The notes beneath the pieces are model-generated. The model saw only the letters and a program-made list of their open reading frames with translations. It did no database searches and was not told the origin of the DNA. A DNA stretch of 64,000 nt from Chitinophaga pinensis (lineage in GTDB: Bacteria > Bacteroidota > Bacteroidia > Chitinophagales > Chitinophagaceae). The first letter of the stretch is position 1; every line of letters starts with the position of its first letter. A program made the position numbers and the translations under genes. The stretch spans positions 1,389-65,388 of the forward strand of contig CALSAD010000015.1 of the NCBI GenBank assembly GCA_943372845.1, given 5' to 3'. This document shows positions 7,437 through 17,800 of the stretch, one piece after another.

Positions 7437-8828
7437 ATGGCAACTTCCAGAAGAAAATTTTTGCAAACACTGGGGTCTTCCAGTTCTTTGCTGTTAGCCG
7501 GCTTACCGGCCATGGCTGATCAGTCAAACATCCAACAATTATTATCCGCAGTTAAAGTAAGTGCCAATGATAGGGTGCGCATTGCTTTAATTGGTTCGGG
7601 CATCATTGGTCATTATGATACCGATACCGCACTCAAAGTGCCGGGCGTTGAATTGGGGGCTGTATGCGATCTGTATCAGGGCAGATTAGACAGGGCGCAG
7701 GAGAAATGGGGTAAAGAAATCTTTGTTACCCGCAACTACAAGGAAGTGTTAGCCCGGAAAGATATTGATGCCGTTCTGGTTTGCACCTGCGATCACTGGC
7801 ATGATCATATCACTATTGATGCACTCAAAGCCGGCAAACATGTGTATTGTGAAAAACCCATGGTACACCATGTAGAAGAAGGACTTGCCGTTGTGGCTGC
7901 ACAAAAAGTCAGTGGCAAAGTATTGCAGGTGGGCAGTCAATCAGCCAGTTCTGTTTTATTTCTCGAGGCACAAAAATATTTTAAGAAAGGTATTATTGGT
8001 GAGCTGGCTTATGCAGAAGCGTATAACGACAGAAGTTCGGCCAACGGCGCATGGCAATACACCATACCGAATGATGCCAGTACCAAAACCATTGATTGGG
8101 ATCGGTTTCTGGGCGATGCACCGAAAGTTCCTTTTGATCCCGTTCGTTTTTTCCGCTGGCGCAATTACAAAGCCTATGGTACAGGAGTAGCGGGCGATCT
8201 GTTTGTTCATAATTTTACCGGACTGCATACTGTAACCGGTTCCTATGGTCCGGATACCATTTATGCAGCAGGGGCCTTAAACTATTGGAAAGATGGCCGA
8301 GATGCTTATGATATTGTAAGCGGTGTTATGCGTTATCCCAAAACAGAACAGCATAATGGATTTCAATTTTTCACAAGAGTAAACTTAGCTGATGGGGCAG
8401 GTGGCGGCGCCAGCAATCGTTTTATTGGAACAGAAGGTGTGATAGAAGTAAAGTCAAACAGTATTAAAATAAAACATTTTAAACGACCCGTTGCCCCCAG
8501 TATTGGCGGATATGATTCGATGGAGAGTTTTACGAAAACCATGCAACAGTCTTTGCTGGCTGAATACAATGCAAAGTATAGTGCCGAAGACAGGAAAGCA
8601 AAAGATGGAGAGGAAATTATTTTTGAATCGCCCAAAGGTTATGATAGTCGCCTGGATCACATGATCAATTTCTTCGAAGCCATCCGCACCAATAAACCCA
8701 TACTGGAAGATGCCTCTTTTGGTTTACGTGCTGCCGGCCCCGCCATTCTCTGTAACAAGAGTGTAGAAAAGAATCGCGCCATTCATTGGGATGCCAAGAA
8801 TATGAAAGTGATTCCCGAAAAAGCATAA
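7437..8828 (+). CDS. Tat-exported Gfo/Idh/MocA-family oxidoreductase
   Basis: Twin-arginine signal SRRKFLQTLG, Rossmann motif IALIGSGIIG, and KAGKHVYCEKPM. Confidence 0.85.
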   Translation: MATSRRKFLQTLGSSSSLLLAGLPAMADQSNIQQLLSAVKVSANDRVRIALIGSGIIGHYDTDTALKVPGVELGAVCDLYQGRLDRAQEKWGKEIFVTRNYKEVLARKDIDAVLVCTCDHWHDHITIDALKAGKHVYCEKPMVHHVEEGLAVVAAQKVSGKVLQVGSQSASSVLFLEAQKYFKKGIIGELAYAEAYNDRSSANGAWQYTIPNDASTKTIDWDRFLGDAPKVPFDPVRFFRWRNYKAYGTGVAGDLFVHNFTGLHTVTGSYGPDTIYAAGALNYWKDGRDAYDIVSGVMRYPKTEQHNGFQFFTRVNLADGAGGGASNRFIGTEGVIEVKSNSIKIKHFKRPVAPSIGGYDSMESFTKTMQQSLLAEYNAKYSAEDRKAKDGEEIIFESPKGYDSRLDHMINFFEAIRTNKPILEDASFGLRAAGPAILCNKSVEKNRAIHWDAKNMKVIPEKA

Positions 8829-8837
8829 CTACAAATA

Positions 8838-8899
8838 ACCGTGCCTTCGTGCCTTGGTGTGCAAATTACTTTCTCACACCAAGGCACTAAGGCACGGTT
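8838..8899. repeat. REP-like palindromic element, family A (copy A2)
   Basis: AACCGTGCCTTCGTGCCTTGGTGTG - loop - CACACCAAGGCACTAAGGCACGGTT. Confidence 0.85.
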
Positions 8900-8943
8900 T
8901 AAGAATACACAACCGCTTACCTTACTCATACAATTGCTTATTC

Positions 8944-10347
8944 ATGTATGTATCCAAATGCAAATACCTTTTCTTCGCTTGTAGTTTGTTGGTATCCTTG
9001 GTATCTGCACAAAAAAATACCCAAATAGAAACCTGGCTAACCAATCCCTCAGCTAATGTGCTGTTTGTAAAGCAACCACTATCATTATCTTTTTCAAGTA
9101 AGATAAATAATCAGCAAGTAATCATTGTTGATGATAAACAAACTTTCCAAAGCATGGATGGTTTTGGGTTTTCGCTCACGGGTGGGAGTGCTGCTAATTT
9201 AATCAAGATGACTCCGCATGCGAGAGCTGCCATACTGAGAGAATTATTTGCTACTGATAAAAATAATATCGGTATCAATTATCTACGTATTAGTATTGGC
9301 GCTTCTGATTTAAATGAAAAAGTATTTTCGTATGATGATCTCCCTGCAGGAGAAACAGATCCCGATCTGAAAAAGTTTGATTTGGGTCCCGATAAAAAGG
9401 ATGTGATCCCTATTCTGAAAGAAATATTGAAGCTAAATCCATCTATCAAAATCATGGGCTCGCCCTGGTCGCCACCGGTTTGGATGAAGAACAATAAAGA
9501 TACACGTGGCGGAAATCTGTTACCTGAATATTATGGATCGTATGCAACCTATTTTATCAAATACATTCATGAGATGCGTAGGCAGGGCATTCGTATTGAT
9601 GCCGTAACCGTGCAGAATGAGCCCTTACATCCCGGTAACAATCCCAGTTTACAAATGCTGGCACCAGAGCAGGCATTGTTTGTGAGGGATTATTTAGGGC
9701 CTGCATTTAAAAAAGCGGGGATCACTACCAAAATCATCATTTACGATCATAATGCAGACAGACCCGATTATCCCATTCAGATTTTAAACGATACTGCTGC
9801 GAGAAAATTTATTGATGGATCTGCTTTTCATTTATACGGTGGAAAGATTGTAGCACTTGCTGATGTACACAAAGCACACCCAGATAAGAACCTTTATTTT
9901 ACAGAACAATGGATTGGCGCACCCGGAAATTTTGCCGGCGATATTCCCTGGCATGTTGAAAATCTAATCATTGGTGCCAGTCGCAATTGGTGTAAAACCG
10001 TATTGGAATGGAACCTTGCATCAGATGCCCAATACCAACCACATACTGACCGTGGGGGTTGCGACAAATGTTTGGGTGCCATCACGATTGATAAAGATAG
10101 GGTGACCAGAAATCCGGCGTATTACATCATTGCGCATGCAGCCAAATTTGTAAGAATCCGTTCTTTACGCATTCAATCTAACCTGTTAGAGGGTTTACCC
10201 AATGTGGCTTTCAAAACAGCTTCGGGTAAAAAGGTATTAATTGTATTGAATAGTAGCAAAGAAGGCAAAGCGTTTGCCATACAATACAAGGGCAGCAGTG
10301 CGGTAACTCAATTGCCCGCAGGTGCCGTAGCTACTTATGTTTGGTAA
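8944..10347 (+). CDS. Glycoside hydrolase family 30-like (O-glycosyl hydrolase)
   Basis: Signal peptide after Met at 8944. Has AVTVQNEP (acid/base) and LYFTEQW (nucleophile) motifs. The longer 8854 start runs through repeat A2, so the later ATG is preferred. Confidence 0.8.
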   Translation: MYVSKCKYLFFACSLLVSLVSAQKNTQIETWLTNPSANVLFVKQPLSLSFSSKINNQQVIIVDDKQTFQSMDGFGFSLTGGSAANLIKMTPHARAAILRELFATDKNNIGINYLRISIGASDLNEKVFSYDDLPAGETDPDLKKFDLGPDKKDVIPILKEILKLNPSIKIMGSPWSPPVWMKNNKDTRGGNLLPEYYGSYATYFIKYIHEMRRQGIRIDAVTVQNEPLHPGNNPSLQMLAPEQALFVRDYLGPAFKKAGITTKIIIYDHNADRPDYPIQILNDTAARKFIDGSAFHLYGGKIVALADVHKAHPDKNLYFTEQWIGAPGNFAGDIPWHVENLIIGASRNWCKTVLEWNLASDAQYQPHTDRGGCDKCLGAITIDKDRVTRNPAYYIIAHAAKFVRIRSLRIQSNLLEGLPNVAFKTASGKKVLIVLNSSKEGKAFAIQYKGSSAVTQLPAGAVATYVW

Positions 10348-10350
10348 GTC

Positions 10351-11361
10351 TTATTTGGAACTGTTGCGCTCTATTAAACTGCTTTTTAGTACAATCTTGT
10401 CAATGCGGTTACCAAATGTTTTTTTCTCAATCATCCGGAAAAGTAAGGAGGCAGATTCTTTGCCTATTTCAAATGCCGGTTGCGTAATGGTAGATAAGGA
10501 AGGATTCAGCAGTGAAGCGGTTCTTAAGTTGGAAAAACTGATGATCTTGATTTGCTGTGGTATTTTCAGTTTGATTTCGTTACAAACATAATAGGTAGAG
10601 ATAGATAGTTTTTCAACTGTAGAAAAAATACCATCGGGCCTGTCTTTTTTAGACAATAATTTTTTGATCAATTCCAGGTTGGCCGTATTATCATTGGTAC
10701 ATTCCACAATGAACTTGGGATCTTCTTTTAGCTTGTATTTTTTCAGTGCATCCTTGTATCCATCCATTCTTTTATGAGTTATAGATAGCAGGCTGGATAA
10801 AGACAAACAGGCAATTTTTTTACAGCCTGCTTTGATCAGGTGTTCGGTTGCTTTAAATCCGCTCTCATAATCATCGGTGGTAACGGTGGGGCAGTTCATC
10901 ATTTCAGGTACGCGATCAAAGAATACCAACGGTATACCGGTGTCTTGCAAGGCAGTAAGGTGTTTGATGCTTTCTGTATCGCGGCACAAAGAAATCAATA
11001 CGCCATCAACCCGGCCACCCTGCAGGTGCTTGATGGTAGATTCTTCATTCATAAAATTTTCGTGGGTAAGGTAGGTAAGTACATGGTACCCTTTTTGCTG
11101 GGCAATCATTTGTATTCCATCAATGGCCAATGCGAAAAAGTTATTCGCTATCTCCGGTATTACTACTGCAATGGTGATACTTTTTTTTCTGCGTAAACTA
11201 CTGGCAAAGGGGTTGGGTTGGTAATTGAGTTTTTCAGCCATGGCCCGCACCCTTTTTTTGGTTTCGGCACTGATCTCATAACTGTCGCGAAGGGCTTTTG
11301 ATACAGAGGAGATAGACAGGCCAAGCTCTTCAGATAATCTTTTTAAATTGATGCTACTCAT
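10351..11361 (-). CDS. LacI-family transcriptional regulator
   Basis: N-terminal HTH INLKRLSEELGLSISSVSKALRD followed by a periplasmic-binding-protein-like sugar-binding fold. Confidence 0.9.
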   Translation of the reverse strand: MSSINLKRLSEELGLSISSVSKALRDSYEISAETKKRVRAMAEKLNYQPNPFASSLRRKKSITIAVVIPEIANNFFALAIDGIQMIAQQKGYHVLTYLTHENFMNEESTIKHLQGGRVDGVLISLCRDTESIKHLTALQDTGIPLVFFDRVPEMMNCPTVTTDDYESGFKATEHLIKAGCKKIACLSLSSLLSITHKRMDGYKDALKKYKLKEDPKFIVECTNDNTANLELIKKLLSKKDRPDGIFSTVEKLSISTYYVCNEIKLKIPQQIKIISFSNLRTASLLNPSLSTITQPAFEIGKESASLLFRMIEKKTFGNRIDKIVLKSSLIERNSSK

Positions 11362-11432
11362 ACAAAGATTCCACTAGGTTTATAGGGTTTGACAAGGCAA
11401 TCACCTGGTTGGACTTCTAAGATAATTGTTTT

Positions 11433-11474
11433 TACGAAAAATAGAGAAAACGTTTTCGTAAAATTTACGAAAAC
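11433..11474. promoter_or_regulatory. Candidate LacI operator cluster
   Basis: TACGAAAAA-TAGAG-AAAACGTTTTCGTA-AAATT-TACGAAAAC. The core palindrome GAAAACGTTTTC is at 11446-11457, 72-113 nt upstream of the lacI start. The motif recurs at 18196-18215 and 60829-60847. Confidence 0.55.
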
Positions 11475-11477
11475 CCG

Positions 11478-11505
11478 CCGTAGTTGGTCAGGCGACCAAC
11501 TACGG
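11478..11505 (-). terminator. Stem-loop downstream of the GH88 gene
   Basis: CCGTAGTTGGTC-AGGC-GACCAACTACGG forms a perfect 12-bp stem. On the minus strand it is followed by GGGTTTTCGTAAATTTT. Confidence 0.4.
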
Positions 11506-11518
11506 TTGCTTAATTACA

Positions 11519-11615
11519 CTCCGCGTAAACTCTGAAAACTCTGCGGCTCTGCGGTTGGAGCAAGTTCAATCAACCGCGGAGCCGCAGAGAACAGAGAGTT
11601 TTTCGCAGAGAAAAA
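11519..11615. repeat. Palindromic intergenic element, family C (copy C2)
   Basis: CTCCGCGTAAACTCTGAAAACTCTGCGGCTCTGCGGTTG ... CAACCGCGGAGCCGCAGAGAACAGAGAGTTTTTCGCAGAG. Confidence 0.8.
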
Positions 11616-11645
11616 TTGGTATAAGAATAAAATACTCTTTTCTAT

Positions 11646-12848
11646 TTATTTCTTCCTTTTCATCTCTCTATATCTCATCATCGCTTCAATATAATAATAG
11701 TCGGCATAGGTAAGGGGAACATCTACTTCGGATGATCCGGGTAAATGTCCGGTGCTGTGTTTTAAAATAAATCCACCGTTGGTAAGGGTTGTAGCCGTAT
11801 ACGTTGGGGTTGATAACGTACGGATGATGTCTTCTGCAAAACCCATATACGCATTTCTTTTTGCTGCATCATATTTACTCAACTCCAATAAAGCCGATGC
11901 CGTAATGGCTGCTGCCGAAGCATCACGATATGTGGCAGGTATATCGGGTGAGTTATAATCCCAGTAAGGTATTTTATCTGCGGGCAGATTGGGGTGTGTC
12001 ATCAGGAACTTCGCAATCTTGTTTGCATGATCGAGGTATTTTTTGTCCCTGGTTGCACGATACATGACCACATAGCCATACAAGCCCCATGCCTGTCCTC
12101 TGGCCCAGGCAGAATAATCTGCATAGCCCTGAGCGGTTTGCTTATGTGCAATGGCTCCCGTTGCAGGATCGTAGTCAATAACATGCCAGGAACTGTAATC
12201 CGGCCGGTAATGGTTTTTAATAGTGGTATTGGCATGTGTAACGGCAATTTTATAATAAGATGAATCGCCACTGTATTTGGTTGCCCAGAACAACAGTTCC
12301 AGGTTCATCATATTATCAATGATCACCGGAAATTTCCATTTGGCAGATGCATTCCATGATTGGATACAACCCACAGCAGGATTGAACCGGGTGGATAATG
12401 ATTTGGCACTATTCAATAAAATCTCATCATACTCTTTGGAAGGTTTTAGTCGATTGGCATTACCAAAACTGCAAAACATCATAAACCCCAGATCATGTGT
12501 GCCTTTATTGAATTGTTCTTTTTCGAGTAATTTTTCTGCACGGCTGGCTTCATTCCATAAAGAAGCGTCTTTAGAATATTCATACAAATAATGCAGGGAT
12601 CCCGGATAAAATCCACTGCACCACCAGCTTGATTTACTCGTTTCAGATTTTTTGGTTAACGGATAATAGGTTTTAGGTAATACATCGGGAGGTAGAAGCG
12701 TACCCATGTATTTGTATTCTATAATGGCCTTCTGTAATGCCGTGTCTATTATTTTTAACAGGTCTATTTTTGGTTTGGCAGGTTGCTGTGCAAATACAAA
12801 AGCAGACAAAGGAAGGAGTAAAAATATAAGCAGTTTTTTTCTTCTCAT
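11646..12848 (-). CDS. Glycoside hydrolase family 88 (unsaturated glucuronyl hydrolase)
   Basis: Signal peptide plus motifs WWCSGFYPGSLHYLYEY, THDLGFMMFCSFG, IIDNMMNLELLFWA and SAWARGQAWGLYGY. Confidence 0.85.
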   Translation of the reverse strand: MRRKKLLIFLLLPLSAFVFAQQPAKPKIDLLKIIDTALQKAIIEYKYMGTLLPPDVLPKTYYPLTKKSETSKSSWWCSGFYPGSLHYLYEYSKDASLWNEASRAEKLLEKEQFNKGTHDLGFMMFCSFGNANRLKPSKEYDEILLNSAKSLSTRFNPAVGCIQSWNASAKWKFPVIIDNMMNLELLFWATKYSGDSSYYKIAVTHANTTIKNHYRPDYSSWHVIDYDPATGAIAHKQTAQGYADYSAWARGQAWGLYGYVVMYRATRDKKYLDHANKIAKFLMTHPNLPADKIPYWDYNSPDIPATYRDASAAAITASALLELSKYDAAKRNAYMGFAEDIIRTLSTPTYTATTLTNGGFILKHSTGHLPGSSEVDVPLTYADYYYIEAMMRYREMKRKK

Positions 12849-12884
12849 ACAGTGGTGATTTTAGAATTCAAAAAAAGTAAAATA

Positions 12885-12920
12885 GAATGCCACACCCTAA
12901 GGTATGGCATTCCTTTTTTT
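12885..12920 (-). terminator. Stem-loop flanked by A/T runs between susD-like and GH88 genes
   Basis: GAATGCCA-loop-TGGCATTC, flanked by AAAAAAA on one side and TTTTTTT on the other, so it could terminate on either strand. Confidence 0.5.
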
Positions 12921-12953
12921 GCTTAATAACAATTGAAAAGGACCATTTAATAT

Positions 12954-14801
12954 TTAATTATCAGGTATTTTATCCAGCGCCGGAACATTTAACTCTGCTC
13001 CGGTATACCCAATATTCTGGTTGATCCGCCCATCTGAATTACCATTAATGGCAGATTGGGGGATAGGCCACAATACATGGAATTGACTGATTTTCATCAT
13101 ATCCTGGTGCAGCGTGATAAAATTATTTTTGTAAAACATATTCTTTTCCAGAATTCTATCTATCATAAAGTTAGAAGCAGAGAAGTTAGCCAGTGTATAG
13201 GTTTTACCGTTGTAGGCTTGTCCGGTTTTGGCAAACAAATACGCTATTCTGGTTAATTCTGTTTTACGTCCTTCTTCATAATACAATTCTCTTGCTCTTT
13301 CATCCAACACCGTTCCAATATTGATATTGGCAGAATTGGTATAAGCTGCAGCTTTAGCTCTTGTTCTTACTGCATTGATATCAGCCATGGCAAGGTCTCT
13401 TTGTCCTTTCCATACATAGGCTTCTGCACGTATCAGGAAGGTCTCAGCCAAACGCATTACATACCAATCTGTATGACCACCCCGCATAGGCGTGTTCTCT
13501 GTATCGGGAATATAAATTTTATAGTGAGGCCATGGGAACCAGGTGCGCAAGGTATCTGAACATAAAAGTGTAGTTCCATTATACAACTGCAATCTTTGAC
13601 CATAGGCAGGATCGGTACCTTTCAAGGCAGGGCTGCTGTAACGCAGGTTTTCCATATTCACCCAGTTGCCGGATGTGGTATCATGCCTAAGGTCATTTAC
13701 ATCATCCCATATCTGACTGTAGTGGTACGAAGTAGAACGGCAACGGCCAATACCACGACCATACCATTGCATCAGATCGATTTCAATATTGGCCAGCGGA
13801 GAAATACCTACATTACCACTTGGGGTTCTGATACCTGCGATAGAAATACCCGGTGCTGCATTACGCATACTTTGTATACCACCTGCAAAGTTATTAGGTA
13901 TACCAAAACGCTCAGTAACAAGGTAAAGTACTTCTGTATTGGCAGCGGCGGCTTTATTATCAGGGCGGTGCAAATCCCAGGTGATGTTTTTGTTGGGATT
14001 ACTGGCATCAACACCAAAACGATTGGTCATTAATTTGTAAGAACCCTGGCTGATCACGGCCGTACTGGCTGCAATAGCTTCATCAAACAAGCCCAAAGAA
14101 AGATTGATTTTTGCCAACAGGTGATACACAGCGCCTCTGTTCACATCACCTTTATCTGCTGTCCATGGCACATGCTGAACGGCAAAGTCAAGATCTGTTT
14201 TCATACGCTGTAAGATCACTTCTCTTTTTACAGAGGCATAATCTGTTTTGGCACTGGTTAATTCTTTCAAAGGGCAGGGCACATCGCCAAACTGGTTGGT
14301 TAAGCGATAGTAGCTGTACGCCCTGTAGAAATACGCCTTTCCTAATATGATGTTTTTGGTGGCTTCCGGGATAGCGGTTGCTAACGGTAAGCGCGAAACA
14401 ATGGTATTCGCTAAACGAACACCAACCCATTCCTGGTTCCAGTACCAGCCAATTTTATTAAAGTCGACATTATTTAACTGGGCATCAGGTTTGATCTGTA
14501 AGTCCATATTTTGTGCTGGACCGGTTTTATCATCCGTACCTTCTACCGACACTTCAGAAAAGATCAATTCAGAAATAATGGGAGCACCATCACCATACCA
14601 TTCGTCGCGTAAGTTTCTGGCGCAACCATTCAGGGCTGCATTAAAACCTACCACATCGGTAAGGGTATTTTCTGGCGAATAAATGGAGAGAGGCTTGGGT
14701 TCCAGCCAATCTTTTTTACAACCTTCCAATATCATCGTACCCATGATGACGAAGGTTGAAAAACGTAGTATGTTATATAAATTTTTCATTTGTATTTTCA
14801 T
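12954..14801 (-). CDS. SusD/RagB-family nutrient-binding outer-membrane lipoprotein
   Basis: Lipoprotein signal (ILEGC), length and helical TPR-like composition fit the family. Sits immediately downstream of the SusC-like gene. Confidence 0.85.
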   Translation of the reverse strand: MKIQMKNLYNILRFSTFVIMGTMILEGCKKDWLEPKPLSIYSPENTLTDVVGFNAALNGCARNLRDEWYGDGAPIISELIFSEVSVEGTDDKTGPAQNMDLQIKPDAQLNNVDFNKIGWYWNQEWVGVRLANTIVSRLPLATAIPEATKNIILGKAYFYRAYSYYRLTNQFGDVPCPLKELTSAKTDYASVKREVILQRMKTDLDFAVQHVPWTADKGDVNRGAVYHLLAKINLSLGLFDEAIAASTAVISQGSYKLMTNRFGVDASNPNKNITWDLHRPDNKAAAANTEVLYLVTERFGIPNNFAGGIQSMRNAAPGISIAGIRTPSGNVGISPLANIEIDLMQWYGRGIGRCRSTSYHYSQIWDDVNDLRHDTTSGNWVNMENLRYSSPALKGTDPAYGQRLQLYNGTTLLCSDTLRTWFPWPHYKIYIPDTENTPMRGGHTDWYVMRLAETFLIRAEAYVWKGQRDLAMADINAVRTRAKAAAYTNSANINIGTVLDERARELYYEEGRKTELTRIAYLFAKTGQAYNGKTYTLANFSASNFMIDRILEKNMFYKNNFITLHQDMMKISQFHVLWPIPQSAINGNSDGRINQNIGYTGAELNVPALDKIPDN

Positions 14802-14814
14802 TTTACAGGTTATC

Positions 14815-17800
14815 TTATAAGGTAACGTTTAAACCGAAATTATAAGTGATCGGGGTTGGCGCAATGTTGGTACCACCACTGATTGTGTTACCGTTGCCAT
14901 GGTATTCCGGATCAAAATATTTCCAGTCAGAGAATACACCTGCATTAACTACATTGAAATAAACTTTCAATAAATCTATTTTCCATTTTTTGGTTATTTC
15001 TGTAGGAATAGTATAGGCCAGACTGATATTACTCAATCGGATAAAAGATGATTTTTTAAAGTGGTTCCATGTGATACCACCACCTCTTTGTCCATACAAT
15101 TTTCCATATTCGTTCGAAGGATTGGAAGGTGTCCAGTAAGGCACCTGATAGAAGTTTACGCGATCATAGAATACAAGTCCCTGGTTTCTTTCACCATTGG
15201 TTGCTTCATTAAATCGGGTAATCTGACCAATTTTTGCATAGAGGGTAAAAGAGAAATCAAAATTCTTGTAGATCTTAAATTCATTCCTCAGGTTCCAGGA
15301 ATATTTTGGTGCGGCATCGCCAATAAATCTTTTATCAGCAATGGTGTATTTGCCATCACCATCACCATCTATCAATCTGAAATCACCTGGTGTGAATCCA
15401 AATGTTTTTGCCTTGGCAGCATCTGCTGTTTGCCAAACGCCATCAATAGGATAATCAAAAACAGCACTAATGGATTTTCCAATGAACCAGCCATTGTTGA
15501 TGTCATCTTTTTCTGATACACCGATTTGTTTACCGGTTGCATCATAATCAGGTGTGGCACCATATAAATGAACGATTTTATTTCTATTGGCCCAGATGGC
15601 AAACGTAGAATTCCAACTGAAATTCTTTTTCTGAATGTTGTTTGTGTTCACAGTAAATTCAAATCCTTTGTTCTGTACTTCACCCAGGTTAATCAATACA
15701 GAACCAAATCCGGTTACGGTAGGTAAGGAACGGTTAACCAGCAAATCTTTGGTGGTTCTGTTATACACATCAATAGAACCGCTCACTTTGCCTTTGAAGA
15801 TAGAAAAGTCAAGACCAAAGTTGGTGGCGCTGTTTCTTTCCCATTTCAAATTGGTATTGGCAAGGTTACTTGCAGTAACATAAGAAGTATTGTATGTGGT
15901 TCCTCCAGAAGTAACAAAATTGTACGTACCGGCAGTAAGGTTTGCCAGTGCGGCATAACGACCAATTTGACGGTTACCATTTTCGCCATAAGAAATTCTC
16001 ACTTTAGCATAATCCAACCATTTGTTGGTGTTTTTCATGAAGCGCTCTTCGCTGATGGCCCATGAAAAAGCAGCAGATGGGAAAGTGGCTCTTGGATTTA
16101 ATTGACCAAAAGCAGAATAGCCATCACGCCTTGCTGTTACAGTAAGGAAGTAACGTTGCTTGTAATTGTAATTGATACGTCCCATTAAGGCATCACCTGT
16201 TTCGTATTGATCATCACTCGATACAATAGGAGGAAGTGTACCTGCCTGGATGGCATTGAAACCAAGGTTATCATTTGGCGCAAAATTTTCAGCTTGTATA
16301 TTGGTATTCCATGATTGGAATTTTTCTGCATTTACGAGGAAAGTGGCTTCAAAAGTATGGTCGCCAAATTTCTGGTTCCAGCGAAGGATATTATCCAACT
16401 GCCATGAATACACCGTTTGGTTTCTTCTGTTTACAATACCCCTTCTGGCAGCAACATCCGGCTTTAAAGCTGATACATGCTGGTATTCGCGCAAGCCTTC
16501 ATAGCGTGGAGAAAAGTTAACCTGGTAAGAAAAACCAAAGGGTAATTTTCCTTTCGCAAATAAAGAAGCGAAAAAGTTATCGTATTTGTACAAACGTTTT
16601 GTGTAGGCCTGATCGAGGAATGGGTGTGTGTTAGAACCCGGATCATCATTAGGACTTTGCCTAACTGTTACACCATCCGGTGCATAAAATGAACCCCATG
16701 GTGTGGTAGATGCGATATCACCAAACCTTACAGGAACCGTACTTTCATCCCTGTTGGAATATTGAAAATTCATACCCACGGTTAAGAACTCCGCCGCTTT
16801 GGCTTCTAAATTAAAACGGGTACGGAATGTTTTGTACGTATCGCCAACGGTTAAACCCTCATTGGTTAAATAACCCAGCGAAAAATAATAATTATAGTCA
16901 TCCCTTCTCTGTGCAATGCTTACCGTATGGTCATGTTGTAAAGCCTTGTCATTGTAAATTAGTTTTTCCCAGTCAAGCGATTTGCCTGCTTTATAGTTAG
17001 CCAATTCAATTGGTTTAAACTGGTTACGGGCAAACCACTCTGTAACAGGATCACCTGCAGGATTCGCACCATTTAAAGCAAACCACTGGTTAAGGGTAAA
17101 ACCGGAAGGTAATTTGGATGGGTCAGTAAACAAATATTGTATACCTGGTTTAGAAGTTGAGTCAAAATTGGTTTTTGCCCACTGCGCATCTGAACGGAAC
17201 TGTAAAATTTCCGTTTCATTTAAAAGATGCGGCTGCTTGGCCAGTTTATTCATACCAAGATTACTGTTAACGGTAATCACCGGCTTTCCCTGTTTTCCTT
17301 TTTTGGTTGAGATCAGAATAACGCCGTTGGCAGATCTGGCACCGAATACGGCTGCAGAGCTGGCATCTTTTAAAATGTCGACAGTAGCAATATCATTAGG
17401 ATTGATATCTGCCAATGAGCCGGGATAGATTACACCATCCAATACAATCAAAGGATCAGAGCTGGCCGTAAGGGTACCTTTACCTCTTACCTGTAAACTG
17501 GCGCCTGCCCCTTTGGTACTGGGGTCAAAACCAACATCCAGGCCGGGTGCATTACCGCGTAACATATCCTGAATAGATCTTGGATTTTCGTTTTCCAGTT
17601 GCGCGGCTTTTACCTGGCTAACGGCACCGGTAAGATCTTTCTTGGTACGCGTACCATACCCTACTACCACCACATCATTCAATCCTGAAACTTCTTCAGT
17701 TAATGATACAGTAACAGGGCTACCATTGGTAACCACTTCTTTTGTTCCAAAACCGGTGAAGCTGAAAACCAACGTAGCTTTTTCTGGTACATTGGCAAGG

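Noticed and set aside
8854-8943. N-terminal extension of the GH30 ORF
   Set aside because: The extension is translated through the family A palindromic repeat. A normal signal peptide follows the Met at 8944.
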